From Eutreptiella sp. 'Long Island Sound 2002' (taxonomy: Eukaryota; Protista; Euglenida): a DNA stretch of 64,000 nucleotides. A program made the position numbers and the translations under genes. How positions within the stretch are numbered: the first letter of the stretch is position 1; each line of letters starts with the position of its first letter. This document shows, in pieces, positions 12,305-24,949 of the stretch. The stretch is from positions 196,974,001 through 197,038,000 of the forward strand of contig OZ038378.1 in assembly GCA_964036045.1 (NCBI GenBank). Direction: 5' to 3'. The notes below the pieces were generated by a model, which saw nothing but the letters and a program-made list of their open reading frames with translations, did no database searches and had not been told where the DNA came from.

Positions 12305-14472
12305 TCATGTGGGTGTTGGGGTCACGTTATGTGATCTCCCATTGTTTGGGGTCCCAACGTGCTTTGATGTGCTTGGGCATGGGGCAGGGTGAGATCTCCC
12401 ACAATGTGGGGTCCCATTCTTGTGTTGGTGGCTTGGACACTGTCTGGTGTGTTGGTCGTGTGTCTTGTTGGTAGGCGTTGCGCATGGCTTGGTAGGCATC
12501 CCTTGTAGTGCACGTTCCGAGGACCCACTCGGTTTGTTGCCGTGGATAGCATGCCCATCGCTTCTATAGGAGGCATCCTTTGTGATGTCCTCTTCAATCC
12601 AAAGTATGCCGGTTGTGTATATTAAGTAACCATTGCCATTGACAATCTTGGTAACATTGTTTGGATTTGTCCGTTGTCCCCTCTTGCAGTGTGACAGTAT
12701 TCCATTTTGCACGATGTCTTATGTGAAGGGAAGGTAGATTGCAACTGTCTTGAGCTAGGGTAGTTGGGGTCACCTAATTTTAAGGGCGTTTGGAAGGGGC
12801 GTGCCTCGGGGCTCTTTGGGGGCCACCTATTCCAAAAATAGCGTGCAGTTCAAGGATCCTGCTGACAGCTTGAGTTTGTAGGCGGTGTCGTTCCATGATG
12901 AAGGGGGGGAGGGCGTCCAGCCTTTCCGGGTATCGTAGCCCCGACTGTAGGTTCTTGGCCGCTGAGAACCCTCGTTTTCGTAGTGCGAGGACCTGTAAAC
13001 GGTTGGTGAACTTAGCATCCACTGACGAGTTGGGGTCTTGTCCTCGCAGCGCCATATGTATCTGGCACAGGTACGTTCCCACTGAGCTGTCCTCAATTGC
13101 GCAGACGGCGATGGCCATGTCCTCCCATCCCCACTCTTGTGCGAGTGCGTGGAGCGCTGCGTCGTGGGCTCACCAGCCCATGTGCACCGTGATGGTTGCC
13201 GGAGGAGGCTCTCCCATCTGGGGCTCCCCGGCCTTGAGGTGGCCTCATTGCTGGCCACCGGTCATGTTCTCCCACTGGAGGAACACTCCCACTGCCTTCA
13301 TAAGCATGTCCTCTTGGCTAGATGTTGATGATGGTGGAGATGGGCAGGTTTGCTGGTGTTGAGCCCCCTGTGGTAGGAGGGACACCGTTCCTTGAGGCCC
13401 GCATGGGAACATTTCCCAATGCACACTCCCACAGTGCCGGCATGCGGGAGGGGGGGGGATTCAAGTTGAAAGACCAGCCCTTGTTGCTGGTCAAGATGGT
13501 CTGGTCTCCCAGCTGCGATATCTTGGCCTACACATGGGGCTAGTGGAGGATGCCGGTGACCGCGGCTTGTGGACAACTGCGTGCCCAATGTGTGACCCTG
13601 CCGCACACGAAGCATTGCATGGACACCTAGGGGCCTCCCATGATGTGTGATCCACCTGGGGCCCAAACGGAGAATCCTGCTGTGCGTGCTGCCATTGTTG
13701 GGGCTGCCACGGGTCCTCTTGGTTGCGGGACTGGCATTGCCAACAACCGGCCTTGTCTCTTGTTGCATAGCTCCTTGTGGACTACTATCCAAATGCTTTT
13801 GGAGAGCGGGTGGCTGGCCCAGTTGGGCTCCGTCTGGGTGTATTCCGTGAGGGAGACGATGAGGCTCTACATCCAGGCATAGGGCAGGCTTTTGCCGAGC
13901 AGTTTTTCGAATTCCGCACTGGTTCTCCCCGGGAGGGCGGCCGACCTTAGGCATTCATTCTCCAGCTTGGTGGCTGCTAGGAGCTGGATAAGCTCTAAGA
14001 CGTCTTCCATGCTAAGCGTCGATCCTTGGCCTCGTGGTTCTGTGGGTCTTGCAGGGGCTTGTACCTTGGACGATCGGGCCACATGCCTGCTCGAACGTCT
14101 ACTCCCATATGTTGGCTTGAAGGTGCTTGCGTACCTCATGCGCACAGAGTGCCATGAGTAATACTGGCTTGTCTAGGGTTCCGGGTGTGCCACGCCCGCC
14201 GCTGCCGCAAACAGCTACAGCAGGTCGTCTCCCACAGCCTGTTTGACGAATAATTCCTCCTGCTCTAGCTGCCACTCTGCCGCCATCTCACCGTATTTGG
14301 GCTGTCGTTGAAGCGTTTCGAAAGGCCCCAGGACCCACGCTCTAAACTTTGATAACTCATCATGGCCCCCGTGCGCCTGTGGAGCCACTGGATGTCCGTT
14401 GTCTTCTTGCATTTCTTGACTCATGATTCTGCACCGAGGGGGTGAGCTTAAAAACAGAAAAACTCTGACCAA
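12305..14472 (-). mobile_element. Decayed gag + RT retroelement (DIRS/LTR-type)
   Basis: Perfect zinc knuckle CFVCGRVTHWARSC (13573-13614) lies downstream of a gag-like ORF. It is followed by RT-like segments (AIEDSSVG...SVDAKFTNRLQ; EEDITKDASY). Many stops and frameshifts. Confidence 0.5.
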
Positions 14473-14943
14473 GGGTCAAAACAGAAGCTTCTTGCGAAAC
14501 TTTGGTAGTTGGGGGCAGATAGTTTGGTGAGGGGGGGGGGGGGGGCAAAAACAGGCACACGTGGGGAATGGTCTAAAAGAAAGATGCCCGGCGCGCTAAT
14601 ACTCCCCCTGAAACGCATCAGACTGGGCGCACTGGGGGACAACAAGCGAGGGAAAGGGGCCGGTCCATGTCCCCAGCCGGAAAGGGGCAAGTCCATGAGG
14701 ATAAATCATCCCAATCACCCCATCCCACACGGGGGGGCGACTACAACCGGTCCTGATGCGACCCACCCCCCAACTATCTTTCAAAACTCGGGGGGGGGGG
14801 GGGGGGGGCAGTTGGGGGGGGGGTCCAGGGTTCCTCCCGGGGTCGGGGGGGGGGTGTTCCTGCCGGGGGTCGGGGGGGGGTCTGGCCGGGGGTCATGGGG
14901 GTGTCCAGCCAGGGGTGAGGGGGGGGGGGTTAGGGTTAGGGTC

Positions 14944-16058
14944 ACCGAGCTGGTGGAACCAGTCTTGGTCTTATAACCCTTTTTAGGGTCTAGGGTGGAC
15001 CTACCAGGTTTAGCAGCAGCAGCAGCAAGCAGCAGCAAGCAGCAAGCAGCACGCGCGAAATGGGGAAAAATCAGAACTCCGTCGTGGTGCTTTGGATTCG
15101 GCTGAAATTTTGGTGGATGATACCTATGGGTGTGAGGAACAACCACACAAAGTATGAGCCAGAAACTCAACGGTGGCGGCCGGGAACGGGTGTCGCAAGT
15201 GGCGGACCTCAGTTTCAAAAACTACAGTTTAGGGCCAAAAAGAGCCATTTTTGGGCCAAAAAAGCCCTGGAACACATTCAAAACGGCCAAACGAAGGGAA
15301 ACCGTGGGTACACTCCACATGCGGCTTGACTTCCCCGTGTCAACGAGCTCTTTGCGGCCCTCTAACTCCATGATATGTCCCGAAAACGGCCCAAAAAGGC
15401 CCCCAAAAGCTCCAAATGCCGACAGCCACAAACCAAGAATAGGCCATATTTTTGGCTACATGGCTCAAAATGCGATTCCGAGGGCACCTACTCCACCTGC
15501 AACCCCCCACTTTTTGTGGTTGCCACCCCTCAGAATTGCCCAAACGGACGCCTAGACCCCAATACCTAGGCCCACTAGGCTGCGGCAAGCTGCAAGCCCA
15601 AGCCCAAACAGGTGGGTGCCCAAATGGGTCAACAGGGTCCAGTAGGGGCAAAAAGATGACTTTTCTCAAAAATGATCCTAGACCATGTGTGATGCTAAAA
15701 CAAGTGTTTTTGGACGGTTTTGAGTTTGTGGTGCCCCATTTTGGTCCTCCGAAAATCCCAAAATGCCTTGAAAATGGGGTGTTTTGGGACCCAAATTGGG
15801 TCAAAAATGGGTCAAAAACGCATTTTTCCAAACCTCATCCTGGACCATTTGGGGTGCACAAACGGGTAAAATGAGCCCATTTTGAGCCCATTTTGGGGCA
15901 TTTTGGCCCTCAGAAGTTCAAAAAGCCTTGAAAGTGGGCCTCGTGGTGATGGGGTTAACTTGCAAGCTGATTTCACTTTGTCAAGAGCCATCAATGTGTG
16001 AATCATTCTTGATGTCCCTCACCAGTCATAGCTATGTTCCCTCCTCCACCAGCTCGGT
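14944..16058. mobile_element. Non-coding 1.1-kb TIR element associated with TTAGGG repeats
   Basis: Perfect 14-bp TIR accgagctggtgga (14944-14957) / tccaccagctcggt (16045-16058). Homologous copies at about 45600-46272 (inverted) and 50658-50870 (left end). Confidence 0.7.
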
Positions 16059-16077
16059 CCCAATATTCAGTCTTGAT

Positions 16078-16156
16078 TAAGGTTAGGGTTAGGGTTAGGG
16101 TTAGCCCTAGGGTTAGGGTTAGGGTTAGGGTTAGGGCTAGGGTTAGGGCTAGGGTT
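16078..16156 (+). repeat. Interstitial telomere-type array (TTAGGG)n with CTAGGG variants
   Basis: About 12 hexamers read directly, with an internal ccctaggg palindrome. Confidence 0.9.
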
Positions 16157-16683
16157 GTGGTTGCTGTTAGGGCCTACAGCCCTCCCGTAGCCCTCCTTCC
16201 TTGTTGTTTTAACACAAATATGATTTCTCTACAAAATTTTGAGTATTTTGAGTACAAACACATAGTATGAAAAAAAAATTTGGCGCCTTTGGCGCCAGAC
16301 AGTTTTCTCTAGAGACACTTGTTGGTGGCCGACCCGGCACCACTATCTTTCAAAACCCGGGGGGGGGGGGGCTGGGGGGGTCGCATACAAGGACTGGGCC
16401 CGGCCGCCCCCCCGTGCCATCCCACCCACCCACCCCCTCACCCATCCCAAGGGTAGAATCCACCAAAAACAGGGGAATCAGAAGTCGCCCAAAAAGTTGC
16501 CCTACGCAGGCCCTGCACACTAACACTCCCTCTGTGGCCAAGGAAATTCAGTGTGCCAGGTGAAGTGCTTTCTGATGAGCACGTCACGTCAAGAGTTCGG
16601 ACGCACTCTACATGGGCAACCAGAATGGGTCTCAAGGTTTGGCTGCAAGCTGGGCTGCCACCTTCGCCAGGTTTTGCACTAGG

Positions 16684-18063
16684 TAAAGGTAAAGGTAAAG
16701 TGCTCGGGCGATCTCCGAACTCCAGCGTATCCGTGATCCCTACCTGTCCCAAGGCACAGCACGCTACATCATACTACACTCATCAAAACAGCTGCAACTC
16801 CGGTACAGTGAATTCGCGGGAAACGTAAAGAGCCACTGTATCATACAGTGCATAGAAGTCCCAGTGCGGAGCGTGCCCTCGCTCACACGGGCACACGACA
16901 CAGGCGTTCCTGTACTTTGGTCCTGCTTCTGCCGCCTGGCACCGCAAGACATCACAGTACAGCACTTGCAACGTGTACTGGCCGCCCCGCCGCAGTGCCC
17001 GAGGTGGCACGCGCACAGACAGATCCGTTACCCAGGGCAGCGTGGCACCAGGCACTACATGCAGGAGCCACGCCACCAGCCGTTGAACTGAGACTGACAC
17101 CTGGGCCCTCGCCCTGATCCCCACACTGCACCCTTCGAAGCCTGCTCCATCTGTCCGCACCCTGCAACCCTCCACGAACGGGGCCCGGCGGGGAGCTTGC
17201 TGAAGCATTTCGTCCCGAGGGACGTCACACGACATCCGCGCCAGCACCACCTTGGCCAGTGCTACTCCGTCGGACCGGCTGAGCCTCCACGGTGCGGGCG
17301 CGGAGAGGTGCAGCAGGCCAGTCCACGACACTAGCACCACCTGACTGGCACCCAGCACACTGCACGCCCAGACGCTCACTGGCTGCACCTCCTGCTCTGG
17401 CACGACCCCCACAACCAGCACACCGCCCGGAACCCTCAACCTGGCAAGTAAATCTGTCGTGTCACAAGAGAGAACACGCACTCGTTGTGCGACTTCCTCT
17501 ACCAGAGCCACCAGCGCATGCCCCATACGGAGGTATAGCACTGAACAGTACTGCACATGAGCCCATTGGTTGCCCTCACTGAGACCACAAAAACGACAGG
17601 AGGGCACATCAAAAAACGTACGAGGCATGGACGGCAGCAAGCGCAAATAGGCCGCCACGCGATGATGAGTGAGGGTCACCTCCGAGTCGTCACACACCGC
17701 ACACCACACATCAGAACGGAAACCCGAACCCGCCAGCTGCACCGATAGCTCGGAGTCGCACCACTCCACTTCATCGCGCAGCTCAGAGAACAGGGATACA
17801 TACGAGATCACCAGTGCCTGACCGTGCCACAGTACTGCCGGCACATCTCGCAGTAGACACAGTGCATCGGTCAGTGGAAAACCCTGAGACGTCGGGTTGT
17901 CCCGTCCCCAAGTCGCCAGGTGATGCGACCGCTCCTGCCACCCAGGCAACAGCCCCGAGGCTTTCGTGTCGTGTTGCGCTGGCGTCCACAGTTCGTGGAC
18001 CGCATGCCAGACCCTGTGAGCCAAAACCACCTTGGCAACACGGTCAAACCACGGGTTCACCCA
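16684..18063 (-). mobile_element. 5'-truncated LINE with 16-bp TSD and (TAAAGG)n tail; ORF2 C-terminal part still open
   Basis: Exact TSD caggttttgcactagg at 16668-16683 and 18064-18079. Tail taaaggtaaaggtaaag at 16684-16700. The stop-free ORF to 16783 has the zinc finger CRFCGLSEGNQWAHVQYC. Confidence 0.85.
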
Positions 18064-18574
18064 CAGGTTTTGCACTAGGCTTGGCAGCACTGTTGGTAGG
18101 GGGCTTGGCAGTGGGTTTGGTTTGGGCACAGAACCTTATGGCAAACAGTTTTCAATGAGCATCACATGTGGAAGGTACCACATGCAACAAAAAAAGTGAC
18201 ACAGGTCAAACATGACACATCAAAAATAGTATCATCAAAGGAATCACAACACCAGCTGGGCGCTGCACCGTGGTAGTGCATGTCACAGTCATCGACATGC
18301 GTGTCTGCAATTGCACAAAACTAAGAGGTGTGCATAATACACCGTGAAATACACAGCCATCATGCAAGGAAGGCATTAGTAGCACAAGGCACCAACACCA
18401 GTGGCATGTAACCGCGTTGCAAATAGCATACGCACTCCAAATCCACCCTGATACTTCAAAAGCAGAAAGGTGGATGCGATGGTTCCCTCAACCCTCCAAA
18501 CACTCTCCCAACAAAGGGACACAGTGTGTTTTGATCGCTTTTGCAAGTGCGCGTGTGTGTGTGGGAGGGGGAGA

Positions 18575-19085
18575 GCAATATTAGAGAGGGAGACCCGTCT
18601 GGGTCAAGGGCCCCCTGTGGTCACCTGCGGCGCCGTCCAAAAAGCAGGCCTGAGCTCAGTCCTGTTGGCCGGTGCGCGCGTCGGTCTGACGCCGGCCTGG
18701 GTCACAGGAGGGGGCCTCGTCGGGGTCAGAACCTCTGGGGGTTCGGGGCTTGGTGGGTGTGTGTGTGTGCGCGCGCGCATGCAAGATTTCAGTGCGTCAG
18801 TCTCGGATCGGCAGTGGCATTCATCCCCGAAGCAAACGTGCGGGGGGGCCTACCCAGACAGGTCGACTCTGTGTACCTGGGAACTGGGACTTCCGGCCAT
18901 GTCAATGCCCATGTGCAAGACACAATCCCCCCCCATCTCTGGGCTATTGCACAACAGGAGGCAGTCAGCACAAAGCCCAGAAACAAGTTTGCTCGTCAGT
19001 GGCCTACAAGACCATCGGCACCTTTTTGTCACAAAGAATGGGACGCGAAGACGCCAATGGACAGTTCACCGACCAGGCAAAAGGC
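18575..19085 (-). repeat. About 500-bp module similar to 34868-35375 (probable Penelope-like 3' end or pseudo-LTR)
   Basis: Shares atatta.agagg...tctgggtc at one end and cagcacaaa...gctcgtcagtggccta.aagaccat.gg.acctt..tgtcacaaaga at the other. Confidence 0.5.
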
Positions 19086-19445
19086 GGCACTGATGCAGTG
19101 ATGTCGTGATCATCAGCCCCCGCCCCTTTTTAAGACGCCTGGGCCCCTAATCAATGCAGGCTTTCTGTGCCTTGGACAAGGGCGTCGCATGTGCACCTGT
19201 GCGGGGACAACAGAGATAGACCACAACTGGGTCAGAGAATTATGGCAGTGCATCGGACAGGCAGACGTCCGCATGCAACAACACCCCCGGGGTGCTGAAT
19301 CGGATACTTGGGAATGAAATGAGTTATGGCATGCACTGGGACAGGACAACCTCTGCACGAGCGGCCGCACATGGCTTCACGGTGCATCACTACGAGTGGC
19401 GCCGAGCAAAATCAGGACCCTACACCTTCTGTACCCCCCCCCTCC

Positions 19446-20011
19446 CTTGTCCAAGTTACGCAACAGTCCCAAATTAACACGGTCCCTACGCCTACTCAGC
19501 TTCGACAAGACCGTAGCTTGCACGTACAACATTCAAAGACCGACACACACTTCAGTGCAAGAAAGGACGCCCATTATGCCCAACCTTCCCCCAAATCAAG
19601 CTGGGTGGGTTCAACACGCACAAAACAGATGTCCATAACCTTATTTGCCTTGCACATTCATCAGCAAACCCATGTCTTATGTGGCTGCACTACTTTTTGT
19701 ACCGACTTAAATTGGGTCCCAATTGTGTTTTTTTTGGGGGGGGGGGGGTTCAGGCCATGGCAAGCTGGCGAAGCCCACTCACAGAAGGCAGGCGGTAAGT
19801 CTCTCGGACTCAAGGATCAGAGCTGTCGGATGCTACGATTGCACCACAAAGCGAACGCAGTGAGGATAAGCTGATTCCGATTCCAGGAAATGCAGCGGAA
19901 AGCGCCACACCCGAACGCATCCTGGAGCACAAAAAAAACTGAACCGAACTACATTGGGTCCCAAATTAATACGGTCCTACGCCCCCTGTAGCGTAGACCA
20001 GACCGTAGCTT
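19446..20011. mobile_element. MITE family with TIR plus duplicated subterminal unit (copies 19446-20011, 31677-32013, 33996-34325, 54620-55335)
   Basis: Unit ccaaattaatacggtccctacgcctactgtagcttggacaag(a/g)ccgtagct occurs near both ends in direct orientation. TIR example: cccccc(g)tttgtaatagctacgcc / ggcgtagctattacaagggggg. Internal block ccatgtcttatgtggctgcactac is conserved. Confidence 0.8.
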
Positions 20012-22504
20012 GGACAAATAGGGGGGGGCGGGGGGGGGGGATGAATTGGACAAGGGTGTCTGGAGGGGGGTAAAGGCCTGTACATTGACTGTGCACGGCT
20101 CAGATGATCTCATCTGACACCCAGGCTCAAAGAGTGCTTTGCATGTGGTGCGAATCAAATAAATGCAGTTCGTCTACCAACCGTGGCAAAGCGGTGCCCT
20201 GTACAAACGGCCATCGGTCAGTTCAACCGCTGCGCAAAGTGCAAGGTCCAATTGAATGCAGGACACAGCGTGTGGAGGGGTACCAAATTTCTCTTTGGAG
20301 AGACGGTTGGTGGGCGGGTGGGTGCGCACGTGCGCGCGTGTGCGTCGCGTCCAAGACATTCAAATAACGCTCGAACTGCGAGGCTCAAAACCCCAAACCC
20401 CTAATGACCAGCTGGACCATGAGTTCCGAGCTCCTGCGCCCCCGTCCCGTGTGCCCCCGCTGTGTGTGTCCGTGTATGCGCGCGGTCTGTGCCACTGACG
20501 AGGGCAGCGGCCTATGACGGTCCGGGACGCTCTTGCAAAGGGGTGGTCAGGGGTTTAGCGGGTTAGGGCGGGCGGGCGGGGCGCCTGCTGCCTCCTTCCC
20601 CATCCCGCCCCACGCTAATACTGAGGGAGACCCATGTGCAGCGCTGCGCTGGATATTGCATTCAGTGCTGATGACAGCCGCTTCTTTGTAGCCTTTACCC
20701 AACCCTTGTACAGAGTGAGCGCCTTCTGCATGGTGGGTACCCCCCCCCCCCCCGGTGTCCAGGAACCGGCAATGTTTGGCCGCGGAACCAGGGGTTGGTT
20801 CTTGCGCACACTTTCCTCCCAAAATTCGACCGCGGAACCAGGGGTTGGTTCTTGCACACGACCGTGAGCAGCCCCGTACCGCGGAAAAAGAATTTTCCGG
20901 CGCGTTGCGCCGGGGGACGTGCACTCTCTCCTTTCCCACAATTAAACACATCGACAAATGAACACCGAAGGACTGAATCTCAGCTGACTGGGCTGCAGTG
21001 TGCCTTCAAATGAGCATGGAATGATCTCATGTTCAACTGGCTCTGACGTGAAACCCTTCTTCCTGTGATACACCATCCTGAATTCCTGTCTGTGCTGCCC
21101 CTTGGGGCCAGGCTTGGGTGCTGCCTTGGGCTTCGGAGCTGGCTTACCTCAAATTTGGTCCCAAGTGCATTTATTGGCATGCAACACACATGAATGTTGT
21201 CCTGCACACCTGAATACCCGTCCTGCATCCACCACAACCATGAAAAACCCCATTCTGCGGTAAAAAAAGTAGCGTGACAATTCGACCGCGGAACCAGGGG
21301 GCGGTTCTTGCGCAAGGCGGTTCCTAGACACGGGGGGGGGGGGGGGGTAACAGCTCGGCTTGCTCAGATGTTGCTCTTCCATCGCCAGCCCCAAAAAGGA
21401 TTCCGGCTGATCTCTGCCTCTCTCCCCTGCTCCGCCATCTCCCGCGGGGGGACTGGCGGTGGTAAGGGCGGGCGTGGTCTCTGTCGCGTTTGGGGCAGCA
21501 GGTGGGGGGCGGGGGGTGTCGGGAAGGGAGCCGCAAACACATTCAACAACATAGAACATAGAGAGGTCTACAGCAGGGCAATAGTGTTCTCGAACCGTAG
21601 ATGCTCAGTCCCGTTAGAGTCTGTGCTCCCAACATCACAAGTATGTACAGTGAGCTCTTCTATACGTACAGCATTCATCTGAACGATCGGTCATTGGCTC
21701 CCTATTGCTTGTCACCACTACCGGTACATCTGGACGTGATGTTACTGCTGTGAGGGGGCCGTAGGCCCAGCCTCTGGTTCAATGCTGGCGACTTGGACAC
21801 TTTCTTCCTGAGTGCTGTGAGTCGGGAAGGGGGGGGGGGGATGTGCAGGAGCCTCTGTTGGGGCTGGTGGCTGTGTGTTGACTTGACATGATGGAGCAGG
21901 CTCTGTTGCATGGGCGCTCAGCGTGTCTCTTGGCACAGGGGGTCTGCACTTGATGATTTCCCCGTTGGCAACAACGTCTCATCCCTCTCCATGGGCAGCG
22001 GGGGGAGGGGGCTGTGCACCATGCATGTCCGAAGCTTCGGGCGCCGCGGCAGAAAGTGGCACCATGTAGCATGACCCTGGGCCACGGTAGGTGTCTGGAC
22101 CGCATTAATGTAGATCCTGGAGTACCAAATGTCGTGACACACTGAGAGGCCAAGGGTTTGGGTTTCAACTTCATCATCCGCTTGGGTTTTAACTGCCTAA
22201 CCGATGATGACCATCAGGTCTGTACAGTGTGCAGCATGTTTCTCTGCGAGCTGGAAGATGTGGTTTGGTTTCAGCAGAAATCTGCAAACGATGCCCATGT
22301 CTGGGGTCTCATGATGACGGCATCCGTTGCGACCAGTCACATGGCCGCTGAAGGAAGCATCCGAGCCCTCTGTCCTCTGGAGCGGCAAGACAGGGCGGGT
22401 TGGGCCCCCGGTGGCTCCGTCCACGGAGGGGGACGGAGGGATGCCCTGCGCGCGGCACGGGGGCCCACTCGACGGGCAGTCGCGGCCTGCCCTGGGGCAG
22501 TGGC

Positions 22505-22722
22505 CGGGCCTTTGCTGAGTGATACGGTGGGGGGGGGGGGGGTACATTGGCCGACCCACCCACCCACCCACATCAGAACACATTTCCTCAGGAAAAAAGT
22601 GAAATTTATCAAAGGGGTCCGGACTTGGAGGTCGATTTTAGGTACACAACCCTTTTTTTTTTGGCCTCTGACACCCCCCCCCACCCAAGTGTAGTATCAA
22701 CCAGCCACGAAGCAATGGTCTG
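22505..22722. mobile_element. hAT-type MITE with perfect 8-bp TSD
   Basis: TSD gcagtggc at 22497-22504 and 22723-22730. TIR c(g)ggcctttgct / agcaatggtctg. Confidence 0.85.
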
Positions 22723-24949
22723 GCAGTGGCCCCCTTTGACGGACCGGATCCGCCAGCGTTAGGGCGGGAGGTCAGGTAAACATCACTCGCTCTGAACACG
22801 CCCACTCCTTTGCACTCGGCAACGGGCCCTTGATGGGCTGGGGCTCGACGGGGCAGTCTGCCGCTCACGTGAGTCACGCTCACATGTCCCAGAAGGGGAT
22901 GGGCCCGTCTGGGACATGACTACTGTCCGCCAGGACCACAGGCGGAGGTCGTGGCGAAGCAGACGGACCCCGGGCCCTCCCCCACCGCAGGCCCAACCCC
23001 CTGATCTGACGCCCGGCACCCCCGACCAGGGCTGTCCTCAAAGCCGAAAGAAAAAACCAAGAAACCGCCGGCCTCCGGTTCGCTCGGACCTCCGTACAGC
23101 GCGACTAATTGCAGTCGGTTGGCCATCGACTGCGGTCGGTTAAGCCCAGCCTCCGTCAGAGTGGCAACCGCCGTTGGTTAACCGAATCCTGCTGCCGAAA
23201 ATATGCAAAAAAGAAAAATTGCGTTCCTCAAGAACAGCCCTGCCCCCGCCCACGCACGTGGGAAATGCAGAGACCCACGGTGCACAAAAGGGACGGGGCA
23301 TCATTGGACCGGCGGGGCATTGAACAAGGGATGAGCAGGGCTTGCGCGGGGGGATGTCACGCCAGTGCATAGCAAACGCTGAGGGCAGGTCTGTCCGGGT
23401 CGTGAGCGATTGGGCCTGAGGTGCACCGGGACTGCGTCTGCCGACCGGGGGTTGCCACCCGTGCAACGCAAGATACGCAGTCCAGATGTCTGCCATTGCG
23501 GGAGGAGTGGTACCCCGTCTTGGCATCCACCCCAACTCCACGATCGAAGTGCTCTGTTGCATTTTGTAACTGCCCCGAGGGTAGCCCCGAGCCCAAGCCC
23601 CGCAGGCTCCAGAAAATTGCAAAAGGTGCTCGCTCGGGATCGACGACCCCCATACAACACCCGCCTTGGCACCGCTCACCCCATGAGCCCCCATACTCAC
23701 AGGCATTGACACGGTCATCCCCCCCCCTGCTGCCGGACGAGGCTCGCCCACCTCAGTACGCCTCCCAAAGGCAGAGAGCTGAGGAGACCCACTGTCATGT
23801 ACGGTGGGGGGGGACCGCCACCTGGCGATCGCCCAGCACACACACACCCCCAGCCCCAGGACAGGGGACCGTGAATCTCGCTTGAATCAGGGGGCAAAGC
23901 AACGTTGCCCCTACCCTCCACAGCTGTGGCAATCCACCCCTGTCCACAGTGGCAAAGGCTGTGTCGATGATTTCCGATGTGGACAGCAGCTGTGGCGGGC
24001 AGAGCCCCCCTCCCATACTTCACGCAACTTCCCGCAGCCCAGGGCTTGAACCTGATGATCGATCCACCGACGGCCCCTGCACAACCCCTCAAGAGCCCCC
24101 TCCCTCAGGCAGTCCCTGCAGAAGCCCCCCCCCTCGAAATCTTGCGCTCCAAAGGAGGAGGAGGAGGATGCACGATGAGGCGTGGTCAGCGTCCCCAAAT
24201 TCTGCTTTCAGGACCGGATGCCAAGTGCCATATGCCACAGAAACACGGCAAAGGCAAGCAGCAGGTGGCCTTGTGCTTCCCGTGTTCGCTTATTTTTGTT
24301 TCCACGCAATCAACCGCTTGCTTTAGCAAAAGAGGAAGGATAAAGGAGATGTGGCCGCCAGAGAACTCAAGGGAATGGTATCGGTGGTCAGGGCTGCCAA
24401 CAGGGGGCATAGAGCGCATGGCAGCAAGCGCCTCCGGGTCGTGTACAGCCGCTGTGGCTGCTTTGCGGCGGTTATAGGCAACGCAATCAGCGATCAGAAG
24501 CGAGAAAGGGCAGTGTGATGATCCAACGAGCGTTGCAGGGTGCACAGCAGCCAGGGGAAAGGAGGTCTGAGGATTCGTTCAGATACTCATCACACAGCTT
24601 TACCATGAGGCACAATGCAGGACACCACACAGCACAACACCACACTAAATTGCACCAAAGCACAGAACACACAACACACAGAACACGATCCAGCAGGACA
24701 CAGGAAAAGCAAAACGTAACTGACACAGAACACACATAAGAAATGACACACAACAAACCTGACACACACCGCAGCATGGACCGATCACACAACCCGCATA
24801 GCACATGACACACACCACACATAACACATGACGCACAGCTCAGATATCACAATACATATAACACATGGCATATACAACACATGACACACAACATACATAG
24901 TAGAGAAGGAGGGGATGCAGGCATGCTATGCTAGGGAATGGAATAGCAC

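Noticed and set aside
13019-13030. cactgacgag motifs at 13019, 20494 and 60594 as hammerhead ribozymes
   Set aside because: No correctly placed GAAA or stem III, so the core is incomplete.
24600-24900. Cys/His/Thr-rich ORFs over CA-rich tracts (also 8300-8600, 28250-28520, 55340-55560)
   Set aside because: Translations of degenerate microsatellite or low-complexity DNA.
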